Shown: positions 27,284 through 36,980 of the stretch, piece after piece
Position numbering within the stretch: position 1 is the stretch's first letter
Layout: every line of letters begins with the position of its first letter
IMG/VR virus record: IMGVR_UViG_3300044648_000391
Coordinates: 1 to 57,355 of that record
Direction: 5' to 3' (one strand)
Length of the DNA: 57,355 nt
Source: a virus
Taxonomy: Duplodnaviria > Caudoviricetes
Notes under the pieces: generated by a model
The model's database searches: none
The model's input: the letters and a program-made list of their open reading frames with translations, nothing else
Told to the model about the DNA's origin: nothing
Program-made: the position numbers and the translations under genes

Positions 27284-27547
27284 ATGAACATGGAGTTGAT
27301 TAAAAAAATTGAAAGCAATATTGCAGAGCTAGAAGCAAAAGCCAAGAAAAATGGTGAATTTGTTTCAAATGCGAGTGCCACGATTGAACGTTTAAATTCA
27401 GAGAAGGCCACCATCTTGGATGAAACCAATCGCATTATGGGTGCTATACAAGCTTTTCGTTTCGTTTTAAACGAACAGCAAACGGATGCACCCGTAATGG
27501 AAATTAAATCGAAGCCTAAAAAATCGGAAGAAAAGAAAGATGTCTAA
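27284..27547 (+). CDS. Small coiled-coil protein
   Basis: AAGGAGG RBS. Confidence 0.65.
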   Translation: MNMELIKKIESNIAELEAKAKKNGEFVSNASATIERLNSEKATILDETNRIMGAIQAFRFVLNEQQTDAPVMEIKSKPKKSEEKKDV

Positions 27548-28256
27548 ACCGCGTAAGGTTGTTTGGCCGCTTGCCAGTGAGACTGCTATTTGCTTACCGC
27601 AAACATTAGCGGCTGCTGGCAACCTAAAAATTAATGGTGATTTTTTTAGAAATTTCACTATGTCTACCTCTTCGCCATTAGGTTACAACGAGTGGGCAGA
27701 ATTACCCGGCATTAGACGAACTGTTACTGTCTCTTGTGGTGCCGATATATCAGCTGTCGTTTTTACAATCCGAGGATTAACCGATAGCGGGAGAGAAATT
27801 AGTGCTAACGTTACAGGGGTTAACAACAATACAGTTGAAACAGATTTTAATGCGGGTGAAATTTTTCACACCATTACATCAGTTAGCGCAAACGCTGCTG
27901 TTGGGTCTGCTGTTAGCGTTGGTACCGGATACAAAGGATACACACTCTGGTTTCGCAATGATTACAATCGAATAATTAGTCACCTCACCGTTGCAGTTTA
28001 TGTGACAGGTACTGCCACTTATTCTTTTGAAACGACTTTAGATGACCCTGATGTTTTAGGTGATTTTGTCACTATCTGGCAACCCATTGACGGTGTCACA
28101 ACGCCAACTATACCCGCTGCCAGCACGATGACGGGTGCGACAACCAGCATTATGGCCGACTTAACAATTCCTACAAATTGCTCACGAATTGAAATCAGCG
28201 ATTCAGATGATACGGGCTATCTTGAGATATGGTTCTTGAATCAAGGGATTACTTAA
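27540..28256 (+). CDS. Virion structural protein
   Basis: Beta-rich, within the structural operon. Confidence 0.65.
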   Translation: MSKPRKVVWPLASETAICLPQTLAAAGNLKINGDFFRNFTMSTSSPLGYNEWAELPGIRRTVTVSCGADISAVVFTIRGLTDSGREISANVTGVNNNTVETDFNAGEIFHTITSVSANAAVGSAVSVGTGYKGYTLWFRNDYNRIISHLTVAVYVTGTATYSFETTLDDPDVLGDFVTIWQPIDGVTTPTIPAASTMTGATTSIMADLTIPTNCSRIEISDSDDTGYLEIWFLNQGIT

Positions 28257-28279
28257 CCAAGGCTGCAAAGGATGAATAA

Positions 28280-29335
28280 ATGTCTACATCGGGAACTTAT
28301 AATTTTGGCTCAATACAAAATGAGCAAGTTATAACGGAAGCCTACGAAAGGTGCAGGATTCCGATGTCCCTTATTTCTCTTGAAAAAATCAACACTGCTG
28401 CGCGCTCCATTAATTACATTTTACAATCCTGGCTTAACAAAGGCCTTAATCTTTTTACCGTTAAAATCGGTATGCTTGGGTTAGTGCCCGGCAAAACCTC
28501 TTATATATTGCCCAATCAAGGTGTCGATATCCTAGAGGCTTGTCTTAGAACTTCAGCCAGAAATCTAGGGGGTACTGCCGCCAGTTCCGCAGGCGGTACA
28601 GCCGCTAACGCTTTTGACGGCAATATCAATACGGCTTGTACGCAAACAGTTCCTAATGGCAACATCTCCTATGACTGGGGCGTTGGGCTTTATGCCATTA
28701 CCATGGTCGGTATTACTTCCTTTGTTGCTGCAACCTATACGCTAGTTTGTGAGTACTACAATGGTTCTACATGGAACATTGCTCTTTCTATTCCAGAACA
28801 ATCTTACGGCGAAAAAGAGCTTCTTTGGTTTGATGTTCCCATTCCGGTGCCTGCAACGCGATTTCGTATTCGTGAGACCAATGGTGCGACTTTAGATATT
28901 GCAGAGCTTTATTTTAATACAAATGTTCAGGATAGAATTTTAACGCGCTCCTCTCGCTATGAGTACATGTCTTATCCTGATAAAGCCAGACAAGACACAC
29001 CCACAACTTTTTGGGTTAATCGGCAAATCACACCGGTTGTAAACCTATATCCAACACCAAATGGTTATTACAACAATCTTTTCTACAGCTACATTCAAGC
29101 AATTGAAGATACCGGCGAGCTTATAGACACAACAGCCATTCCAGGGCGATTCATTGACCCTTTAACCGCAGAGCTTGCTTATCGCTTAGGGGTTAAAGAG
29201 CAAACACCGATGGATTTGTTATCCATTTTAGCCAGAGAGGCCGAAGCATCATTTGCATTAGCGGCGGCTGAAGATACAGAGCGTGTACCGCTTCGCATTA
29301 CAGCGGATTATCGTTCCGGTTGGGGGTCAGAATGA
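28280..29335 (+). CDS. Head-tail adaptor-like protein with inserted beta-sandwich
   Basis: MSTSGTYNF...EAYERC...W.NKGLNL; AANAFDGN discoidin-like insert. Confidence 0.6.
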   Translation: MSTSGTYNFGSIQNEQVITEAYERCRIPMSLISLEKINTAARSINYILQSWLNKGLNLFTVKIGMLGLVPGKTSYILPNQGVDILEACLRTSARNLGGTAASSAGGTAANAFDGNINTACTQTVPNGNISYDWGVGLYAITMVGITSFVAATYTLVCEYYNGSTWNIALSIPEQSYGEKELLWFDVPIPVPATRFRIRETNGATLDIAELYFNTNVQDRILTRSSRYEYMSYPDKARQDTPTTFWVNRQITPVVNLYPTPNGYYNNLFYSYIQAIEDTGELIDTTAIPGRFIDPLTAELAYRLGVKEQTPMDLLSILAREAEASFALAAAEDTERVPLRITADYRSGWGSE

Positions 29336-29847
29336 GCTTAAGGCCAAAAGGTAAGCATTTTACCGTTGACATGTATTCACCGGTTGCAAAAGCAAGATGC
29401 GATAAGACGGGTTTTATTTTTCGTTATACAGATTTGGTTAAACAAATGGAGTGGCGAGGTAATTCGCTGGAATGGACAGGATTCATGGTGGGTAAACCCT
29501 ATGTGGATGAACCAAACGAGCAATTAAGGGCAATTGTTTTTCCGCCAGACCCCGTACCGATTCCATTACCAAGACCGGATAGACCAACCCCTGTGTATTG
29601 GGAAAATCAAAACACCCCTTGGGAAGATTTGCAGATTTTAAGCTGGGAATCTTGGGATGGAACTTTTGACGGTGTATTAGCAGCGCCAGAAGCAGAAAGA
29701 CTTGAGGCATTAGAGTTAGGTATATCACCTCCCGAGACACCGGTTAATGCAAATGTTTCACAAATACCGCAATTAACGCAGGCACAAATCTTGCAATCAC
29801 TTGAAAATTTTAATTGGAGTAACGCTAGTGGCACTTTACCCGAATAA
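29332..29847 (+). CDS. Structural-region protein
   Basis: ARCDKTGF..Y..LVKQMEW.G...DP.P. Confidence 0.6.
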   Translation: MSLRPKGKHFTVDMYSPVAKARCDKTGFIFRYTDLVKQMEWRGNSLEWTGFMVGKPYVDEPNEQLRAIVFPPDPVPIPLPRPDRPTPVYWENQNTPWEDLQILSWESWDGTFDGVLAAPEAERLEALELGISPPETPVNANVSQIPQLTQAQILQSLENFNWSNASGTLPE

Positions 29848-30223
29848 ACCGCCCGCTATGAGTTTTGCTGGCATTTTAAATACCATTGATAACGGACAGT
29901 TAACCGATGAATTAAAAGTTATACAAGATGGTATGGGAAATAACTCGCCTTTATCGCTGTCTAAAACTGATTTCAAAATCAACACCACAATGGGTTCTTT
30001 CTTTATCAATAATACTGAATTAGAAGCATCCGCAGACGAATTAAATGCAGCTTCCGTTGGAGATTTTTCAGGTTTTTCAGATTCTATATTGCCGGCCATT
30101 GGTGACACTTCACAGCGTCCTGTCATAGCTGAGAACGGGGAGTTTAGATACAACAGTCAAACCAATCGGTTTGAAGGATATCAGGATGGCGCATGGGTAA
30201 TTTTTACAACCACACCAGCTTAA
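29828..30223 (+). CDS. Fibre-associated protein
   Basis: GDTSQRP...GEFRYNSQTNRFEGY motif; GTG 29828 after GGAG. Confidence 0.6.
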   Translation: MALYPNKPPAMSFAGILNTIDNGQLTDELKVIQDGMGNNSPLSLSKTDFKINTTMGSFFINNTELEASADELNAASVGDFSGFSDSILPAIGDTSQRPVIAENGEFRYNSQTNRFEGYQDGAWVIFTTTPA

Positions 30224-30232
30224 AGGAACGAC

Positions 30233-33200
30233 ATGATTAATCGAGATTCTCCAACATTATTTACATCCGCCTTACTGGTGACTGATACCTATACACCAAC
30301 AAACGGCTCTTCTGATTCATTTTTAGCGAAGTTAACAGAAGCCAATGGCAGTAGCGTCAGTGCTGCTTTAGAAATTCGTTCAACCGAGGGCGGTATTTTA
30401 TTGCCACGCATGACAACAACGCAAGTTAATAATTTAAATGCGACAGGTGGAATGATTGCTTATGACGAAACCTTAGATGTTTTTAAATTTAGACAAGGTA
30501 ATGCATGGGTGCAATTTGGTTCTGAAGGTTCAGGATATGGTCCCGGCGACCCAACGTATTTACAAGATACACATTCTACGCTTGAAGACAACCTTTCTGT
30601 TGGTACGCCACCGCCTGATTTTTTAGAGCTTGGCGAAGATAACGTTACGATTGGCTGCTCGGTTGGAACGCTAGGGATTGGCGGCGATAAAAATACCTTA
30701 ATAGGTTCCAATGCTGGAAATGTTTTAAACATTGCTGTTTCGAATGCAACAGGTGTTGGATATGGTGCGCTGAGAGAAAACGAAACCAATGCCTGCTCTG
30801 CTTTTGGTTCACTTGCGGGTTATTCAAATACCACAGGCAGTATAGATGCATTTGGCTCTGAAGCTTTAACAGAAAATGTTGATGGTGAAAATAACACCGG
30901 GATTTCTTATCGCGCTTTAGCGTCTAACGTAGATGGAGACAATAACACCGGTGTTGGTAGAGAAAGTATTTATTCGAATGTTTCTGGTAGCAATATTACG
31001 GCCGTTGGTTATAAAGCGGCAAATGCTACTACAGTTGATAATATAAGCGCCTTTGGCTCTCAATCCTTGCTAGTAAGCACAGGTGCCAGCATGAATGCCT
31101 TTGGCGCTAATGCTTTTTTATCTGCAACCACCGCGGCTAATAGCTGTGCATTTGGTACGGATGCCGGTAGAAGCTTAACAACCGGCAGCTTTCATACATT
31201 AATTGGGAATGAATCAGGTTATACGGTTACAACCAATTCTAATTTAACGGCCGTTGGTTATCAGGCAGCGAGAAGTACAAATGCCAATAATATTACAGCA
31301 ATAGGTTACAGAGCCTTACGTAGCAGCGTTGGCAATAATTGTACTGCGGTTGGCGCTAATGTTTTACCGTCTTTAACGGTTGGGCAAAGTTTTACGGCGA
31401 TCGGCGCTAATTTATTACCAATAGCAACGAGTTCGGGTTTCAGTACTTTTGTGGGAGCGGATTCTGGTGCATTAGTAACAACGGGACATTCAAATACATG
31501 TGTTGGACAAAATAATCTTAATAAGTTAACAACCAGCTCTGAAGTAATCGCTATTGGCAGGGACGTTCTTAATAATATTACAGCAGCTTGTGGCGGTAAC
31601 GTTGCGATAGGGAATACTTCCTTAGTAACTGCTGGAACGGGTGGTGCTGTTGCAGCTTATAATGTGAGTATCGGAGGGGAATCTGGGTCTGAACTTCTTG
31701 CTGGCGAACGAAATATATTTATAGGTCATGAATCATTTTATTCTGGTCTTAGTGCACAAATAACCGCTAATAACTGCATTGTTATAGGTTCTCAATGTTA
31801 TTCTTCTCCTACGACAATCACTAATGCAATTGCAATCGGTAACGGTATTGTTTTACAGCAAGATAATTCACTAGTTCTTGGTAAAAATGTAAATGTCGGT
31901 ATCGGCACAGAAACCCCCGCAGCGAGCGCCATTTTAGAAATTGCTTCAACCACAGGCGCTTTGCTGTTGCCTCGAATGTCAACGACAGAGGTTAATGCAT
32001 TGACCGCTGTAAATGGTATGTCTTTGTATGATTCAACATTAAACACATTTAAGTTTAGACAAAATGGTGCCTGGGTTCAATATGGAGCATTTAGCAGTAG
32101 CTCTACCATGAATGCCTTTGGTTCCAATGCATTCTTATCAGTAACAAGTGCTGCGAATGGTTGTGCGTTTGGTACAGATGCCGGCAGAAGCTTAACGACA
32201 GGTAGTTTTGCTGCGTTATTTGGTAATGAAGCGGGTTATACAGCCACCACAACTTCTACATTAACAGCGGTGGGTTATCAAGCAGCCAGAGCAACCAATG
32301 CCGCTAACGTAACAGCGGTAGGTTATAAAGCCTTACTTCTAAGCACTGGTGCTAACAATACAGCAGTTGGCGCTAATGTTATGGTTGCCGCAACGACACC
32401 GCAGAGCTGTACAGCGGTGGGTGCAAATTTATTACCTGTCTTAACAACCGGCAGCTTAAATACTTTTGTGGGGGCAGATTCCGGAATCCTTTTAACAACC
32501 GGCAGCAATACCACTTCTGTAGGCCAAGCTAACCTTATTAGATTAACGACAAGCAGCGGAAATATAGCTATTGGTAAAGGTGTGCTGAATAATATTGCAG
32601 CGAGCTGCTCATTTAATGTTGGCATTGGTAATTCTTCACTGACGAATGCCGGAACAGCCAGTACCGTTCCTACCGTCGCTACCAATAATGTGGGCCTGGG
32701 GGTTAATAGCGGATTAGAGCTTGTTACCGGCTCTTATAATACATTTATTGGAGCTGACGCATTTAATAGTACGTTTGGTGCCACTGTTACCGCTAATAGC
32801 TGCATTGTTTTAGGCGCTCAATGTTATTCCTCTCCTGCAACATTAAGTAATTCGGCAGCCATTGGTAACAATATTGTCTTGCAGCAAGATAATACATTAG
32901 TGCTCGGTAACAATATGGATATTGGTATCGGCACAGAAACCCCTTCTAAAAAATTACATGTTGTTGGTGACGGGGTGTTCACAGGAAATGTGGGTGCCGG
33001 CACAATCTCGCCTTCTAATGTTTTACATGTATTTGGTACCGCGCAATTTCAAGGGATTACTTCCGGGTATGCTAATACAGGGCTTGTCAGAACACAGTAC
33101 GGCAGAACAACAACCGGTGCTGGCACTGCAACCATTGACTTTGCTGTACCCACTGCAAACAGAAATATTCGAACAGTGCAAGTAACCATTGCTGTTATGA

Positions 33201-33442
33201 ATACCACGGGTGACAAGAGTGCTTACTCAACTTCTACCGCTGCTGCTTTTTGGAATGGTGCAACAACTGCTCAAGTCGGTACATTACCCACAATCACCAT
33301 GACAACAGCCGGTTATTCGCCAACCGCTGCTTGGTCGATTTCTGGTAATAACTTAAGGTTGACTGTAACCGGTGTTGCTTCAAACGATAGTATTTGGGTG
33401 GTTTCTGCCGAAGAATACTCAACTTACAACTCGGCGTCATAA
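30233..33442 (+). CDS. Long fibre/adhesin with NTAxG beta-roll repeats
   Basis: 1069 aa; ~14-residue repeats, VGIGT motifs, internal duplication. Confidence 0.8.
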   Translation: MINRDSPTLFTSALLVTDTYTPTNGSSDSFLAKLTEANGSSVSAALEIRSTEGGILLPRMTTTQVNNLNATGGMIAYDETLDVFKFRQGNAWVQFGSEGSGYGPGDPTYLQDTHSTLEDNLSVGTPPPDFLELGEDNVTIGCSVGTLGIGGDKNTLIGSNAGNVLNIAVSNATGVGYGALRENETNACSAFGSLAGYSNTTGSIDAFGSEALTENVDGENNTGISYRALASNVDGDNNTGVGRESIYSNVSGSNITAVGYKAANATTVDNISAFGSQSLLVSTGASMNAFGANAFLSATTAANSCAFGTDAGRSLTTGSFHTLIGNESGYTVTTNSNLTAVGYQAARSTNANNITAIGYRALRSSVGNNCTAVGANVLPSLTVGQSFTAIGANLLPIATSSGFSTFVGADSGALVTTGHSNTCVGQNNLNKLTTSSEVIAIGRDVLNNITAACGGNVAIGNTSLVTAGTGGAVAAYNVSIGGESGSELLAGERNIFIGHESFYSGLSAQITANNCIVIGSQCYSSPTTITNAIAIGNGIVLQQDNSLVLGKNVNVGIGTETPAASAILEIASTTGALLLPRMSTTEVNALTAVNGMSLYDSTLNTFKFRQNGAWVQYGAFSSSSTMNAFGSNAFLSVTSAANGCAFGTDAGRSLTTGSFAALFGNEAGYTATTTSTLTAVGYQAARATNAANVTAVGYKALLLSTGANNTAVGANVMVAATTPQSCTAVGANLLPVLTTGSLNTFVGADSGILLTTGSNTTSVGQANLIRLTTSSGNIAIGKGVLNNIAASCSFNVGIGNSSLTNAGTASTVPTVATNNVGLGVNSGLELVTGSYNTFIGADAFNSTFGATVTANSCIVLGAQCYSSPATLSNSAAIGNNIVLQQDNTLVLGNNMDIGIGTETPSKKLHVVGDGVFTGNVGAGTISPSNVLHVFGTAQFQGITSGYANTGLVRTQYGRTTTGAGTATIDFAVPTANRNIRTVQVTIAVMNTTGDKSAYSTSTAAAFWNGATTAQVGTLPTITMTTAGYSPTAAWSISGNNLRLTVTGVASNDSIWVVSAEEYSTYNSAS

Positions 33443-33451
33443 GGAAATGCA

Positions 33452-34096
33452 ATGCCAGCAATGACGTATACAAGCTTAAAGAATCAAGTCATCAGCTACT
33501 TAGACCGAGTTGATGCCAGAATAATTGAGCAAATACCCAATCTTATTTTTCAGGCAGAGCAAAACTTAAGCCTTGCTTGCAAAAGTATTTTGGTTGAATC
33601 GTATGTGGTTGGCACATTTACGGCAGGCGAACCCACTATTCAAAAGCCCGCTAATTGGCGAAGAAGTATTTCGATGAATGTAGGCTCAGGGGAAAACTTT
33701 GATACGAGAAACCCTGTTTTACTAAGACCCTATGAAATGCTTCGTTCTTATACCAAAGATGCAGCCGACCCAACAAAATGGAGTTTGCCTAAGTTTTATT
33801 CGGATTATGGGTTTACAAATTTATTGGTTGCACCAACGCCTGACGCAGATTATCCGTTTGAGTTTTGTTTTTTACAAATTCCAGACCCCTTATCTGAACA
33901 AAACGAAACTAATTACTGGACGAATTTCGCACCGCAATTAATCTTGTACGCAACCCTTTTAGAGGCCATGTATTTCCTTAAAAACGACGACAGAATTGCA
34001 GTATTTGATGCTAAAACCAAAGAAGGGATAGCGCTGATTAACCAGCAGGATGAATTAAGAATGATAGACCGGCAAGCGGCAAGGCAGGCGGACTAA
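33452..34096 (+). CDS. Tail adaptor / tail tubular protein A-like
   Basis: MTYTSLK, VAPTPD, TNYWT..APQLILYATLLEA. Confidence 0.65.
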   Translation: MPAMTYTSLKNQVISYLDRVDARIIEQIPNLIFQAEQNLSLACKSILVESYVVGTFTAGEPTIQKPANWRRSISMNVGSGENFDTRNPVLLRPYEMLRSYTKDAADPTKWSLPKFYSDYGFTNLLVAPTPDADYPFEFCFLQIPDPLSEQNETNYWTNFAPQLILYATLLEAMYFLKNDDRIAVFDAKTKEGIALINQQDELRMIDRQAARQAD

Positions 34097-35625
34097 TGGA
34101 TAAAACCTTTCCTTGCATTTTTGAGCCTGGCATTCAGCGGGATGGTACAAAATTTAACTCAAACAGTTATATTGATGGCCAATGGTGCCGCTTTTATGGC
34201 GACCCGCCAACCCCGCAAAAAATGGGCGGTTATAACAAAATGATTTCCTGGGATACACATATTCCAAGAGGCATGTTTATCGTCCCAAAATCCCCCTTAT
34301 TTCAAGTGTATGTTGGGGATTCTCATTCATTAAAGTATTTTTCAGCAGATGCAACCACGGGATTAGCAGTCGGTAATACCTATGTTGATAGAACACCCTT
34401 GTTATTTAACACCAGTGAAAATAATGAGTGGAGTTTTGATGTCATGTATGACCAAGTCACTTTTCACTCAAGCGTTTTGATTGCGTGCCCTACTCAAAAT
34501 CTTTATTCCATCGACCAAACGTATGACACGCCTATTTATTTTGGCAGTCTGGATAATGATGACAAGCTCGTTGAAACCGGCCTTTATACCAGCGGTGGTG
34601 TTGTTGTACTGCATCCTTATTTGATTATTTTTGACAAAGACGGCTATGTTCGATGGACAGAAGCCAGTAACCCTAAAGTTGTACATGACAGAGAAAGAGT
34701 ATCAGGTACGAAGATTGTTACAGGTATGCCGGTAAGGGGTGGTAACTCATCACCAGCGGGTCTGCTTTGGAGTTTAGACAGTTTAATTCGGATGACGAAT
34801 GTTGGGACAACCACGGTTGAATTTGCTTTTGATACCGTTACAACTGAAAGTTCTATTTTATCGAATAGATGTGTCGTTGAATTAGATGGTAATTATTATT
34901 GGGCAGGAACAGATAAGTTCTATGTTTACAATGGTGTTGTTCAAGAATTACCCAATTCCATGTGTTTAGAATACTTTTTTAATCACCTAAATTATGCACA
35001 ACGCCAAAAAGTGTGGGCAACCAAAGTGCCAAAATATGGCGAAATCTGGTTTTTTTATCCGTCTGATAAAAATACCGAGTGTGATAAAGCCGTTATTTAC
35101 AATAAAAGACTCAATAAATGGTACGACAGCACTGTTAATCGTTCTTGCGGAGATTATAACCCAGTATTTGGTAAACCCATTTGGTGTGCCAATAATCAAG
35201 ATGAAGCAGGTTTATATCGTATTTGGCGGCATGAAACGGGTGTTGACCGAGTGGTTGACGGCATCCATACCGCAATTGATTCTCACTTTGAAACGGGCGT
35301 TATGTCATGGGTATCGATGGCACCTGGTATGCAGCCCTCTAATACCGACAAGATGATTGATTTATACGAGTTTGAGCCTGACTTTGTTCAAAGCGGTGAC
35401 ATTACTTTAATCGTGAGAGGCAGAGCTTATGCAAATTCCTCTATTGAGGAGTCGCCCCCTTACGTTTTTAATAACGATCCTTTCTCACCACATTATAAAG
35501 AAAAAATCGATATTTCAGAGCAAAGGCGATTAATGACTTTGCAGTTTAATAGCTCAGAGGTTGGCGGTAACTACAAGATGGGCAAATGTTTAATGAAACC
35601 AAGATACGGAGATACAAGACCATGA
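34096..35625 (+). CDS. Tail nozzle / packaged-DNA stabilisation protein
   Basis: 509 aa beta-propeller-like; PGIQRDGT, FYVYNG, GEIWFFYP. Confidence 0.7.
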   Translation: MDKTFPCIFEPGIQRDGTKFNSNSYIDGQWCRFYGDPPTPQKMGGYNKMISWDTHIPRGMFIVPKSPLFQVYVGDSHSLKYFSADATTGLAVGNTYVDRTPLLFNTSENNEWSFDVMYDQVTFHSSVLIACPTQNLYSIDQTYDTPIYFGSLDNDDKLVETGLYTSGGVVVLHPYLIIFDKDGYVRWTEASNPKVVHDRERVSGTKIVTGMPVRGGNSSPAGLLWSLDSLIRMTNVGTTTVEFAFDTVTTESSILSNRCVVELDGNYYWAGTDKFYVYNGVVQELPNSMCLEYFFNHLNYAQRQKVWATKVPKYGEIWFFYPSDKNTECDKAVIYNKRLNKWYDSTVNRSCGDYNPVFGKPIWCANNQDEAGLYRIWRHETGVDRVVDGIHTAIDSHFETGVMSWVSMAPGMQPSNTDKMIDLYEFEPDFVQSGDITLIVRGRAYANSSIEESPPYVFNNDPFSPHYKEKIDISEQRRLMTLQFNSSEVGGNYKMGKCLMKPRYGDTRP

Positions 35626-35855
35626 TTATTCCAAACAAATATACGCCCTATAACGTATTTGTCGGCTCCATGGTAATTGATTTTCCAAACGACAACATGC
35701 CGCTTTCAACGAATGTTGACGATTGGAAAAAATCGGCGAGTCTTTTAAGCCAAGAAGACTCATTTTGCAAAAACGGTGCACCAAGTCCACAGGGTTTTAA
35801 AAATAAAACGGAATGGGCAGAAGCAGTTTTTTATTCAATGGCATCATTCAGTTAA
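35622..35855 (+). CDS. Small tail-region protein
   Basis: Coupled to the nozzle gene. Confidence 0.6.
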   Translation: MIIPNKYTPYNVFVGSMVIDFPNDNMPLSTNVDDWKKSASLLSQEDSFCKNGAPSPQGFKNKTEWAEAVFYSMASFS

Positions 35856-35867
35856 GGAGAAGTTAAT

Positions 35868-36980
35868 ATGTTTTCAAGTTTACTCGGCGGTCTTGGTAAA
35901 TCACTATTAGGTGGTCTTGGCAGCTCATTATTAGGTGGAGGCGGCGGTGGGGGCGGACTCGGTGACGGATTAGGCAGCATCATCAGCTCCATTGGTAAAG
36001 GTATAGCACCCATGATACCGCAGTTAGCCAGTATGGGCGGTACTGCATTAGGTACCATGTTTGGTGGTCCCATGGGCGGTATGGTAGGCGGAAGCTTGGG
36101 CAGCTCATTAGGCGATGCCTTAGGTGGCATTATGGGTGGCAGCAGTCCTTCTCAAAGTAAGCCGCAACAAGGTGGTCAATCATTTGGCGGCAATCTCAGT
36201 AATATGTTTAGCAACGCTATGGGCCAGATGCCGCAACAATTTCAGAATAGCACCTTTGGTAATATCGGCCAGACAGCGGCTAATTATATTGGTCAACAAA
36301 TGGGTCATCCTAACTTCGGCAGAATTGTCGGTGATTTGATAAACCCTTATGTAAACTCTATGGTCCCGCAAGATTTACGCAACCAACGTATGGGTGATTT
36401 CAATAGCTATGGCGGCAACTTTGCTAACCAAATCAATAGCGGTATGCAGCGCTATGGCATGAATCCTTACTACGGCGGCCAAGAAACACAGCAAGGCTTT
36501 GGTAACATTCCTGAAGCTCCGCCCTTTAACGGCGGTTATGGCAACATTCCAGCAGCGCCACCGCTAGAACAACGTATGCAGCCGCCCGGCGCCCCCGGCG
36601 GACCAAGAGGCGGATTTAATAATCCTTGGGAAGAAATGCAAGGCCGTTTCCAGCAACCCGGTTTTGGGCTAAGAGGCCAAGGACAACCATACGGTAATAT
36701 TCCTGAAGCGCCCCCAATGTCGCCTGCTTTTGCACAAGCAAGACCAGCACCTTCGATGAACGTTAGGTCAAACATGGGCGCCAGACCTTTTGCTAATGAA
36801 TTAATGCAAAGGAACGGCATGAATAATATGGGCTTAAGACCAACGCCTTCTAGAAGCCCTTATTCAGCACCCGCTGACGGTAACGGCATGATGGATGCAT
36901 TGAGAAGCGGTTTAGCGCAGCGTAGAAGCTTTATAGAGCCAGAAGATAATTGGAATCCACAAAGAACAGGCAGCATGTAA
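35868..36980 (+). CDS. Gly-rich putative ejection protein with Pro-rich, WASP-like C-terminus
   Basis: Glycine-zipper N-terminus; three GNIPxAPP repeats; position after the nozzle gene. Confidence 0.6.
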   Translation: MFSSLLGGLGKSLLGGLGSSLLGGGGGGGGLGDGLGSIISSIGKGIAPMIPQLASMGGTALGTMFGGPMGGMVGGSLGSSLGDALGGIMGGSSPSQSKPQQGGQSFGGNLSNMFSNAMGQMPQQFQNSTFGNIGQTAANYIGQQMGHPNFGRIVGDLINPYVNSMVPQDLRNQRMGDFNSYGGNFANQINSGMQRYGMNPYYGGQETQQGFGNIPEAPPFNGGYGNIPAAPPLEQRMQPPGAPGGPRGGFNNPWEEMQGRFQQPGFGLRGQGQPYGNIPEAPPMSPAFAQARPAPSMNVRSNMGARPFANELMQRNGMNNMGLRPTPSRSPYSAPADGNGMMDALRSGLAQRRSFIEPEDNWNPQRTGSM

